A stretch of 64,000 bases of DNA from Candidatus Saccharimonadota bacterium (lineage in GTDB: Bacteria > Patescibacteriota > Saccharimonadia > Saccharimonadales > Saccharimonadaceae): contig CAJPLU010000001.1 in NCBI GenBank assembly GCA_905371595.1, positions 9,158-73,157 of the forward strand. Reading direction: 5' to 3'. The position numbers and the translations under genes are program-made. The notes under the pieces are model-generated. The model was not told the origin of the DNA and did not search any database. It worked only from the letters and a program-made list of their open reading frames with translations. Below are positions 36,514 to 45,030 of the stretch, one piece after another (positions within the stretch are counted from its first letter, which is position 1; every line of letters begins with the position of its first letter).

Positions 36514-38037
36514 CTATTCCCAAACGGTTTCGATATCTGCACCTAGCGAGTTCAGGCGGTTAGCAATATCTTCGTAGCCGCGATTGATATTGTAAACATC
36601 GCGCAGTACCGATTTGCCAGGCGCCGCCAGCATCGCTAGCAAAATCACCACGCTCGGACGCAGTGCGGCTGGCGCTGTGATATCAGCCGGCTTCCAGCGA
36701 GTCGGGCCAGAGATATAAACCCGGTGCGGATCAACCATATTTACTTGGGCATTCATTTTAGTCAGTTCAGTAAAGTAGATTGCTCGATTTTCGTAGCTCC
36801 AATCGTGGATCAGCGTGCGGCCCTTGGCTACCGTGGCGCATAATCCCAAGAACGGCAGGTTATCCATGTTGATGCCCGGAAACGGCAGAGCATGAATCTT
36901 ATCTTTCGGAGCATGCAATTCGGATTTTTTAAGCACGATATCAACTAGACGAGTGCAACCATTGCGCGCCATGTACTCTTCGGAAATATCGTACTGCAGA
37001 CCCATACCCGCCAAAGTCGCTAGCTCTAGCTCCATAAATTCAATCGGCACGCGCCTGATAGTAATTTCTGAACCAGTCACGACACCAGCCGCCACGAAAC
37101 TCATCGCTTCAATTGGGTCTTCGCTTGGGAAGTACTCGACGTCACAGTCAATTGATTTTTTGCCAGTAATCTTGAGAACAGTGGTACCGATGCCCTCTAT
37201 TTTGACACCTAGCCTTTCTAGAAAGAAACAAACATCTTGCACCATATAGTTCGGGCTAGCATTGCGAATAATAGTCGTACCATCATAAAGCGCCGCCGCC
37301 ATAACGACATTCTCGGTGACCGTATCGCCGCGCTCGGTCAAAATAATTACTCGATCAACTCGCTGCGGTTTAGCTGTGGCAATATAGTTGTCGTTGGCCG
37401 CCTCAACACTCAAACCAAATGGTGCTAGACCCGCCATATGCGGCTCAACCGTCCGCGTGCCCAGGCTACAGCCGCCAGCAAACGGTATCTTGAACGTCTC
37501 GTATTGGTGTAATAGCGGACCCAAAAACATAATGATACTGCGTGTTCGCTTGGCGGCCTCAACATCCATACTGTCGAGCTGCAAGGCTTTCGGCGGATCA
37601 ATCTCGAGGTCGTGCTCGCTAATCCAGCGGCATCGCACGCCTATGCTTTCCAGAACCTCAATAATTCGATTAACTTCCTCAATCCGTGCTACCCGGCGCA
37701 GCGTCGTCTTGCCCTTATTGAGCAAACTAGCACACAGCAATCCAACAGCAGCGTTCTTGCTAGTTTTGATTTCAATTTCACCATGCAGCTCCCGGCCGCC
37801 GTTGATGCGAAAGTTAGTTTTGCCCGAGCTATTAATCCGTACTATTTCGCTTGACAGCACCTCGCCGATACGCGCGATCATCTCGAGACTAATATTCTGC
37901 TTGCCGTTCTCAATTCGATTAATTGCCGACTGGCTAGTGCCAAGCTCCTCTGCCAGTTCGTTTTGAGTCATATTGCGTGCTTGGCGCGTTTCTTGGATGA
38001 GTGCGCCGATGTTTTTGAGATACTTCGCCGTTTTCAT
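36514..38037 (-). CDS. murA: UDP-N-acetylglucosamine 1-carboxyvinyltransferase with N-terminal XRE HTH domain
   Basis: HTH (MTQNELAEELGTSQSAINRIENGKQN), then MurA motifs SKNAA, GGCSLGTR, DPIEA, PFPG, YENR, INRGYE. Start placed at ATG 38037. Confidence 0.92.
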   Translation of the reverse strand: MKTAKYLKNIGALIQETRQARNMTQNELAEELGTSQSAINRIENGKQNISLEMIARIGEVLSSEIVRINSSGKTNFRINGGRELHGEIEIKTSKNAAVGLLCASLLNKGKTTLRRVARIEEVNRIIEVLESIGVRCRWISEHDLEIDPPKALQLDSMDVEAAKRTRSIIMFLGPLLHQYETFKIPFAGGCSLGTRTVEPHMAGLAPFGLSVEAANDNYIATAKPQRVDRVIILTERGDTVTENVVMAAALYDGTTIIRNASPNYMVQDVCFFLERLGVKIEGIGTTVLKITGKKSIDCDVEYFPSEDPIEAMSFVAAGVVTGSEITIRRVPIEFMELELATLAGMGLQYDISEEYMARNGCTRLVDIVLKKSELHAPKDKIHALPFPGINMDNLPFLGLCATVAKGRTLIHDWSYENRAIYFTELTKMNAQVNMVDPHRVYISGPTRWKPADITAPAALRPSVVILLAMLAAPGKSVLRDVYNINRGYEDIANRLNSLGADIETVWE

Positions 38038-38043
38038 GTCACC

Positions 38044-38072
38044 ATAATATACCTGATATGATATATTGTCAA
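38044..38072 (-). promoter_or_regulatory. murA promoter with an imperfect palindrome across the spacer
   Basis: TTGACA-17-TATTAT, 6 nt before the ATG; aatatacctgatatgatatatt at 38046-38067. Confidence 0.65.
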
Positions 38073-38160
38073 GAAATTTAATCGCAACCAACTCTATTTC
38101 AAAACGTTACAGTAAATGATTATAAGTGCTAAAATATAGATAAGAAAAAGGAGGATAATC

Positions 38161-39432
38161 ATGACAGACACCGCAGTTGCCGCTTGCATCGCTGGCGAAG
38201 AGGAGCGCCAGCGCGACGGTTTGGAATTAATACCAAGCGAAAATTACGTCAGCAAAAACGTTCGCGAAGCGCTTGGCAGCGTTTTTACCAATAAATACAG
38301 CGAAGGATACCCTGGCCGACGCTATTACGGCGGCCAAGAATTCACCGACCGCGTCGAGCAATTAGCTATTGACCGCGCCAAAAAATTATTCCGCGCCGAC
38401 CACGCCAATGTCCAGCCGCACAGCGGCGCGCCAGCTAACGAAGCGGTCTATAGTGCTTGGTGCCAGCCAGGCGATACTATCTTGGCGATGGACTTGAGCC
38501 ATGGCGGGCACCTGACGCACGGCTCGCCTGTCACCCGCAGCGCTAACTTATACAACTTCGTCCCGTACAAAATGAAAAATATCGAAACCGGCGAGATTGA
38601 TTACGAAGAGATTCGCCGCTTAGCACATGAGCATCAGCCGCGCATTATTCTAGCAGGTTTTAGCGCTTACCCGCGCGAACTGGATTGGGCTAAATTTGCC
38701 GAAATCGGCCGCGAAATCGACGGCTGTCTGCTGATGGCCGACGTAGCGCATATTGCCGGGCTGATCGCTGGCGGCGTAGCCAAGAATCCGCTTGACTACG
38801 GCTTTCATGTTATGACTACTACCACCCACAAGACACTGCGCGGCCCTCGCGGCGGCTTAATACTCAGTATGGGCAAGGTGACTAGTCCGCTCAAAAAACC
38901 CACCAAAACGCTCGAGAACATCCCGACACTAATTGATCGGGCAGTCTTCCCAGGCATGCAAGGCGGCCCGCATATGAACACCATCGCTGCCAAGGCAGTA
39001 GCTTTTGGCGAGGCGCTGCAGCCCGAGTTCCGCGACTACGCGAAAAATATCGTCGCTAACGCCGTGCAGCTAGCCGAGGAGCTGCAGAAACGCGGCTTCC
39101 AATTAGTGACTGGTGGCACCAGCAATCACTTGATATTAGCCGACATCAACAAGAGTTTTGGTATCGATGGCAAAACTGCCGAGATCGCTATCGATAAGAT
39201 CGGTCTGACACTAAACGCCAACGCCGTACCCGACGACCCGCTGCCGATGTTCCGGCCCAGCGGCATTCGCCTAGGCACGCCCGCCATCACCACCCGCGGC
39301 TGTCAGCCCGACGACATGACACGGATCGCTGAGTGGATCAAACAAGCGATTGACGCCCGCGAGGACGAAGGGGAATTAGGAGTTTTGCGCGAGGAGGTAA
39401 GGGAGTTTTGTCATAATTTAGAACAACTCTAA
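38161..39432 (+). CDS. glyA: Serine hydroxymethyltransferase
   Basis: [61 protein letters not shown]. Confidence 0.98.
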   Translation: MTDTAVAACIAGEEERQRDGLELIPSENYVSKNVREALGSVFTNKYSEGYPGRRYYGGQEFTDRVEQLAIDRAKKLFRADHANVQPHSGAPANEAVYSAWCQPGDTILAMDLSHGGHLTHGSPVTRSANLYNFVPYKMKNIETGEIDYEEIRRLAHEHQPRIILAGFSAYPRELDWAKFAEIGREIDGCLLMADVAHIAGLIAGGVAKNPLDYGFHVMTTTTHKTLRGPRGGLILSMGKVTSPLKKPTKTLENIPTLIDRAVFPGMQGGPHMNTIAAKAVAFGEALQPEFRDYAKNIVANAVQLAEELQKRGFQLVTGGTSNHLILADINKSFGIDGKTAEIAIDKIGLTLNANAVPDDPLPMFRPSGIRLGTPAITTRGCQPDDMTRIAEWIKQAIDAREDEGELGVLREEVREFCHNLEQL

Positions 39433-39509
39433 TACAATAGATCTGCAATAAAGACCCATAGGTAATGTATCATCTATAATAAGCTGCTCTAACTATTCAC
39501 CTAATCAAA

Positions 39510-39537
39510 AAGCACCCTGGATAAAACCAGGGTGCTT
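39510..39537. terminator. Terminator between convergent glyA and pilin genes
   Basis: aagcaccctgg-ataaaa-ccagggtgctt perfect stem with A-run on the left. Confidence 0.8.
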
Positions 39538-39555
39538 ATCAACAATATAGTTAGA

Positions 39556-40008
39556 CTAACAGCCCTCAACAGTGCCAATAGTTCGTTCAATTTTGTCGTT
39601 GGTAGAGAAGTTCCAACCCCAAATCTTAGCGCCTACTTTATTACCGTGAGCATCCTTGCATACCTTGTATGCAACTTGTTTAGCTGCGTTTTCTCCAGTT
39701 GGAGCTGTAGTTGGAGCTGTATCTCCAGTTTCTGTATAGGCTTGAGATTCAAAATACCATGCCTTACCACTCTTTCCAGACGCGGACATATCAGCAATCT
39801 TTTCTGGATAACCATTTTCTTCTGTATTGTAGATTTGCGCCTTATCAGCAACATTTTTGACGACACCCTGAGACGCTGAAGTCTTTGCCTGGTTCTGAAT
39901 ACCATTATAAGCAATCAGTGAAATCACCGTCAAAATCGCGATGATGACGATCACAATCAAGAGCTCGACAAGGGTGAAACCTCGGTTTTTAAGTTGTTTT
40001 GTTGTCAC
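39556..40008 (-). CDS. Type IV pilin, probable major subunit
   Basis: Class III signal NRG|FTLVELLIVIVIIAIL and C-terminal Cys pair; GTG start after an AGGGGG SD; own terminator. Confidence 0.88.
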   Translation of the reverse strand: MTTKQLKNRGFTLVELLIVIVIIAILTVISLIAYNGIQNQAKTSASQGVVKNVADKAQIYNTEENGYPEKIADMSASGKSGKAWYFESQAYTETGDTAPTTAPTGENAAKQVAYKVCKDAHGNKVGAKIWGWNFSTNDKIERTIGTVEGC

Positions 40009-40088
40009 AGTAATGTGCCCCCTATTTATTATGTTAGTTAATTGTAATTTGATAATACTACACCGATAACGAAAGCGCAAGTGGTTTT

Positions 40089-41849
40089 TTAATAGATGTA
40101 GCGATTCTGCGTCGGGCGCAGGAACAGTGACTCGGTTGGCGCGCGGGCATCAATATGGGTACCGTCGCCAATTTGCCCGGCATCATTCAAGCCCCAGCAG
40201 TACGAATGTCCATTTTCCACCACTGCGCAACCACGGTTAGCGCCAGCAGCCAGATCAATTATCCGCTGCCCTGCCGGAATTCCGCCTGGGCCAACCAATA
40301 TCTCTATCGGTTTTACCGATCGGTTGTTGGGAAGCGCGCCAGGAGCAAGATTCGCCCCCAAATGACCATAAGCGTTAGTCCCCCAGCAGAACACTCTACC
40401 GCTATTCATCAGCATGCATGAATGCCAAATGCCTACTTCAACCTTCTTCACTTTATCTGACGGCGACAAGCCTGCCGGCCGATCAACTTTAACTGGAGTA
40501 GCCTTTTTGGCAATATAGCCGATATGCGCCATACCTAATTGCCCAGCGCGACCATTACCCCAGCAGTACGCCTCGCCGTTAGCAGCAGCACATACGTGAG
40601 TAAACCTGTCTGCCTCGCCGCTTTGAGCCAAATATCCGTCCTGTGATATATTCGTTACATTGGTCAAACCAGAAACTCTCATAGGACTATAGACTGGCTG
40701 AGTGGCAGGGGCAGATGTATTATTGCCAATCTGACCAACATTATTCTGACCCCAGCAATAGGCAAGACCATTCGCTATAGCACACATATTCATCGACCGC
40801 GTACCACTGGTCGCTAGCGCAGTTGCCGTATAATTACTCGGCAGACCGCCAGAAACACCTGATTTAACTAAAGTCGGCCATGGGCGCACCTTTGTATTGT
40901 CACCAGTACCAGTCACGCCGTGAAAACCCTCGCCCCAGCAATATATCTTGCCGCCAGCAATGGCGCACGAAGTATTATACGAACCGCCGATACTAGTTAC
41001 CGTTTTACCAGCCAGCGCCCCCTTAACCTCAATAGGAACATTTGAATGTTCTTCTGCGCCAGATCGTCCATTACCAAGCTGACCAGTACCGTTATAACCC
41101 CAGCAATAAACTTTACCTTCAGCTAGAGCGCAGCTATGATACTGGGCGGTAAATAAATTATCGATTCTCTTGCCGTAGAGAACTCCTGTTTGCTTGACTA
41201 CTTTAACGGGTATATCGGAGTCAACGCTAAGCGCAGCTTGCGCTGGCTTACTAGGATTACCGCCAACTGACCTACCATTACCCAACTGTCCGTAGCGGTT
41301 TCTACCCCAGCACCAAATACTATTAGACAAAATACCGCACGTTCGATATGTACCGCTAGAAGACTTCGTCGCAATCAGACCGGGACGAGTGATAAGTTTT
41401 TTGACCGAAACAGTGTATTCTCGCAAAACCATACCGCCAGAGTCCACAAGCTGTGTTTTGCCAATAGCCGAGACATCCGAATGATGATCATCATGAAAAT
41501 TAAGGTCGCCAACGGCGAAAATCGTACGGATCGAACCTTCACTCATAACGTATTTATTGGTCGGAATCTTGCCGTCTTGACCTTTGCAGTCGCTGCTTGG
41601 CGTTAGATACAAGCCAGCAGCTCCAGCAACATGGCCCCATGTTTGTTTCCAGTTGTTCATATCTAGACACGCATTAGCTGCCGCCGTCCCCGATTCGCCA
41701 GCTTCTTGAGCCAGCTTATAATAATACTCCTCGCGAGAATAAATATACGAACGCGTAGTAACGCGGTATGCAGCCGCTAGCACCGCCAATATAAATGTTG
41801 TCATTATAATCATTACTGCTAGAGAATAGCCCTTATCAAAGCGAATCAT
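40089..41849 (-). CDS. PilX/GspK-like minor pilin fused to an RCC1-repeat beta-propeller
   Basis: G|YSLAV N-terminus lacking Glu5, LAQEAGESG helix, and seven CWG-N-G(Q)LG repeats. Confidence 0.85.
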   Translation of the reverse strand: MIRFDKGYSLAVMIIMTTFILAVLAAAYRVTTRSYIYSREEYYYKLAQEAGESGTAAANACLDMNNWKQTWGHVAGAAGLYLTPSSDCKGQDGKIPTNKYVMSEGSIRTIFAVGDLNFHDDHHSDVSAIGKTQLVDSGGMVLREYTVSVKKLITRPGLIATKSSSGTYRTCGILSNSIWCWGRNRYGQLGNGRSVGGNPSKPAQAALSVDSDIPVKVVKQTGVLYGKRIDNLFTAQYHSCALAEGKVYCWGYNGTGQLGNGRSGAEEHSNVPIEVKGALAGKTVTSIGGSYNTSCAIAGGKIYCWGEGFHGVTGTGDNTKVRPWPTLVKSGVSGGLPSNYTATALATSGTRSMNMCAIANGLAYCWGQNNVGQIGNNTSAPATQPVYSPMRVSGLTNVTNISQDGYLAQSGEADRFTHVCAAANGEAYCWGNGRAGQLGMAHIGYIAKKATPVKVDRPAGLSPSDKVKKVEVGIWHSCMLMNSGRVFCWGTNAYGHLGANLAPGALPNNRSVKPIEILVGPGGIPAGQRIIDLAAGANRGCAVVENGHSYCWGLNDAGQIGDGTHIDARAPTESLFLRPTQNRYIY

Positions 41850-42730
41850 TCTTCATTTCCTTTCCGAACAGTTAATGACTGAGATATTTTAGACACTCCC
41901 CCCACAGGAGGACTAATTGTTATATCAATTTTAACCTTGTTAGCATTTTCAAACATATGGTCGGAACTGTGAGCAGCATCGTATTGGTTGGCTATTGGCA
42001 TATCATCCTTAAAATATTGAACATCAAATGCCGAAACGTTGCGAGCAATTGTTTCGTCGCGATAAAGCGATCGCCCTGGCGTTGCACCGCCAGTAAATTC
42101 GGATGACTGCGGAGGTATGGATTGTACTGCGATCTTGCGCCAAAATTCGTTATTTTCATCACCGGTACCACATATAGCAGAAGCGTTAACGCCAAGGGCT
42201 TTATATCTTTCGCTTTTTATATCATCAAATATAACCCTTCGATACAATGTATTGTCCCGCATGAAGTAGATTACCATCTGTCTGTATTTTGGCTGGAGAC
42301 GTCTTTCTGTACTGCAATTAAACCTTTTTGTTGCAGCATAAACTACCTCGCGAGAGCCTGCCCCGCGCCGTAAATTGGTCGCATACTGTATCAAGAGCAA
42401 GGCTCGTTTGTTGCTACCTCCGCCAAAATATTTCCAAGTTTGCAGAGTAGGCGCAGGAGTACTCACCGCGCCATATCCATACCGATCGATCATATTCATA
42501 TCACCCCTTCTAGAAGTAGAGGCGATCTCGACTGAAGCCAAAACATCCATTTCGATAGCGTCCATCGTCACGTGCATGTCACGCGTCATTGAAGCAAGCG
42601 CATCTGCTGCTATAGCCTGGCGGTAAGATGCTGATATAATACCGCCAAATATTACGACCACTATAAACATAACGGCCGTCGTCACCATTAGCTCTACGAT
42701 AGTGAATCCAGATTGGTTAGAATGCCGCAT
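41846..42730 (-). CDS. Minor pilin, PilW-like
   Basis: QSG|FTIVELMV prepilin motif; about 290 aa. Confidence 0.82.
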   Translation of the reverse strand: MRHSNQSGFTIVELMVTTAVMFIVVVIFGGIISASYRQAIAADALASMTRDMHVTMDAIEMDVLASVEIASTSRRGDMNMIDRYGYGAVSTPAPTLQTWKYFGGGSNKRALLLIQYATNLRRGAGSREVVYAATKRFNCSTERRLQPKYRQMVIYFMRDNTLYRRVIFDDIKSERYKALGVNASAICGTGDENNEFWRKIAVQSIPPQSSEFTGGATPGRSLYRDETIARNVSAFDVQYFKDDMPIANQYDAAHSSDHMFENANKVKIDITISPPVGGVSKISQSLTVRKGNEE

Positions 42731-43145
42731 ATGCAACATGGGTTACCCTCTTACCATTACCATATGTTACTACAGACTCAACACGAATCGGCATACCCAA
42801 ACTGCTGACGGTGTCGCCGCAACCATACGGCGCCGATGCCACAACTTTTTGCTTGGTAGTTCCAGGCAACTCGCTAATATGCCCTTCTGAATCAAGCAAT
42901 ACCTGCTGCACAGCGCCTGGCAGCGGATCGGTACACAAAAACCACGTTGGCGGAGCTCCGTTGACATATTTACGCATATTATCGTACGCTAAATAACTAG
43001 CCTTTTGATCCTGGCGGTTGATAATCGAGAGTATACTAACCTGGGTATGCATCGTTAATATACCAAGCGATATTATCGAAATAAATAACAGCGTAACTAC
43101 CACTTCAACAATTGTAAAACCTTCGTCCGTTCTCACCTTGACCAT
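42717..43145 (-). CDS. Minor pilin, PilV-like
   Basis: DEG|FTIVEVVVTL prepilin motif. Confidence 0.82.
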   Translation of the reverse strand: MVKVRTDEGFTIVEVVVTLLFISIISLGILTMHTQVSILSIINRQDQKASYLAYDNMRKYVNGAPPTWFLCTDPLPGAVQQVLLDSEGHISELPGTTKQKVVASAPYGCGDTVSSLGMPIRVESVVTYGNGKRVTHVAYAAF

Positions 43146-43648
43146 ATGCTGTTCACCTGATAAAGCGCATTATCTGATTCGCTATAGTAATATATTCTGA
43201 AACCGACGCAAACATCCTTACCCGAAGCGCCGTAAATTTTATCGCAGTCGGATCTCTCTCTGTCTTGAGCACAATACCTATAGAGCATTTTCTGCTCGTC
43301 CGTCCAGCCCCAGCTGGCTGGTATCGGGCCAGCCGCCGGGCAGCCCTTGACTAGCCTATTGCCAGAACGGGAGGGATCTTGCACAACTGTAGTGTCACTA
43401 AAATATTTGCCTATATCAGCTAACAGCGCGTTGCCAGTTGGGTACTCATGCCCCCTGGAAGTAGTGTTGTATTTATAATAACGTTCAAGATCTAGAGCCA
43501 TGGCTTCAGCGCGAGCTCTACGGGTTGCATCGCGGCCTTTCGCCGTCAAGCCGTTGAACGTAGTCATAGCAATTATCAGCAGCACACCGATGACGGTAAC
43601 TGCAATAACCACTTCAACTATAGTAAACCCGCCCTCTTTACGCTTCAT
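43133..43648 (-). CDS. Type IV pilin-like protein
   Basis: EGG|FTIVEVVIAV, GRDATRRA and LERYY...YP motifs; four Cys. Confidence 0.85.
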   Translation of the reverse strand: MKRKEGGFTIVEVVIAVTVIGVLLIIAMTTFNGLTAKGRDATRRARAEAMALDLERYYKYNTTSRGHEYPTGNALLADIGKYFSDTTVVQDPSRSGNRLVKGCPAAGPIPASWGWTDEQKMLYRYCAQDRERSDCDKIYGASGKDVCVGFRIYYYSESDNALYQVNSIWSR

Positions 43649-43680
43649 GACTTAATTGTAGCGCACAATTTATAAAATGG

Positions 43681-44724
43681 CTATGCTTTTTCTGAGTTTT
43701 TGCCAGGTATCTCTAACGGCTCTTGCTCAATGGTGATACCAAATTTTTGGTAAACGGTGTCAATAATTTTTTGGCGAGCTTGCGCTAGATCTTCATAGCT
43801 CTGTGCCGATTCATTGATAAGGACTAGCGCGTTTTTGTCGTGGACGCGCATACCATAATGAAGCGTACCTTTGAGCCCGCATTGATCAATTAGCCAGCCA
43901 GTTGGAATTTTGTATGTATCATGCGACATATCATAATGCGGGACATCAGGATACTTCTGCTGCAATTTAGATAATTTATCAGCCGAAACAACAGCGTTCT
44001 TGAAGAACGAACCAGTGTTTGGGCGGACTTTCGGGTCGGGCAACTTATCAAAGCGAATCTTCATCACAACTTCGCGTAATGTTTGCGGTGAATAATCGTG
44101 AATATCGTGCTCGTCTAAATAACGCTGAATCGCTGCATAAAACGGCGGTCGAGATTGATGCCGCGACAAGCTAAACGTCACTGACGTTATGATATAGCGC
44201 CCCGCCCAACGACCGCGAAAAATACTATGACGATATGCAAAGTCACACTCAGCATTGCTAATAGTTACAAATTGGTTATCGCGCGTATCGTAGGCATTGA
44301 CCGAGACAATCGTCGAAGCAGCCTCTTGTCCATAAGCGCCGATATTCTGAACTGGCGCCGCACCGACCGTACCAGGGATCGCCGACAGGCACTCCACGCC
44401 GCTGAGATTCATCTCGACCGTCCGCCGTACGAAGTCATCCCAAACCTCGCCAGCACCAGCTACAATCGTCACCAAATCGTCAGTTTCGTCAACAACTTCA
44501 AAACCTGGAATGCGATTGAGTATAATAAGTCCGTCGAAGCCCTCGTCATGCGCTAACGTATTGCTGCCGCCGCCGAGAACGTATATATCCAGATTGTGCT
44601 CATGAGCATAGCGTGCTGCTTCGGCGATATCGGCGCGAGTTCTAGCCTCGACAATTTGCCGAGCCAAGCCGCCGAGCTGCATAGTTGTAAGCTTTTTGAG
44701 AGAGATGTCCTGCTGTATGTTCAT
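43681..44724 (-). CDS. murB: UDP-N-acetylenolpyruvoylglucosamine reductase
   Basis: LGGGSN, IPGTVGAAPVQNIGAYG, FAYRHSIF, NTGSFFKN, NALVLIN, EQEP. Start at ATG 44724; the ORF-track extension overlaps a tRNA. Confidence 0.96.
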   Translation of the reverse strand: MNIQQDISLKKLTTMQLGGLARQIVEARTRADIAEAARYAHEHNLDIYVLGGGSNTLAHDEGFDGLIILNRIPGFEVVDETDDLVTIVAGAGEVWDDFVRRTVEMNLSGVECLSAIPGTVGAAPVQNIGAYGQEAASTIVSVNAYDTRDNQFVTISNAECDFAYRHSIFRGRWAGRYIITSVTFSLSRHQSRPPFYAAIQRYLDEHDIHDYSPQTLREVVMKIRFDKLPDPKVRPNTGSFFKNAVVSADKLSKLQQKYPDVPHYDMSHDTYKIPTGWLIDQCGLKGTLHYGMRVHDKNALVLINESAQSYEDLAQARQKIIDTVYQKFGITIEQEPLEIPGKNSEKA

Positions 44725-44760
44725 AGTTTGATTATACAATATGTGATATAATTGCGATAG

Positions 44761-44837
44761 GCGCCCGTAGCTCAGCGGATTAGAGTACTTGGCTTCGAAC
44801 CAAGGGGTCGCAGGTTCGAATCCTGCCGGGCGCACCA
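44761..44837 (+). tRNA. tRNA-Arg(UCG)
   Basis: GCGCCCG...CGGGCGC-A-CCA; anticodon arm CTTGG-CT-TCG-AA-CCAAG. Confidence 0.95.
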
Positions 44838-44842
44838 AACGT

Positions 44843-44919
44843 GCCCCGTTAGCTCAACTGGATAGAGCGTTGGTTTCCGGTACCAAAGGTTGCAGGTTCG
44901 ATTCCTGTGCGGGGTACCA
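44843..44919 (+). tRNA. tRNA-Arg(CCG)
   Basis: GCCCCGT...GCGGGGT-A-CCA; anticodon arm TTGGT-TT-CCG-GT-ACCAA. Confidence 0.94.
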
Positions 44920-45030
44920 AAGATAGCAGCAATGACAGCTGTCTATTTTTAATTTGATCGATTAATTCGTTATTTGACTTTCCATATCGCCTATGCTTAA
45001 ATTGAAGTATTGTATTCTGAGGAGAGGAAT

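Noticed and set aside
40089..41400. RCC1 or DUF285 repeats as diversity-generating retroelement targets
   Set aside because: No reverse transcriptase and no near-identical template/variable repeat pair seen in the window.
44725..44838. ORF-track N-terminal extension of murB (similar extensions at 35682 and 56276-56479)
   Set aside because: These translate tRNA genes; better starts exist next to -10 boxes.
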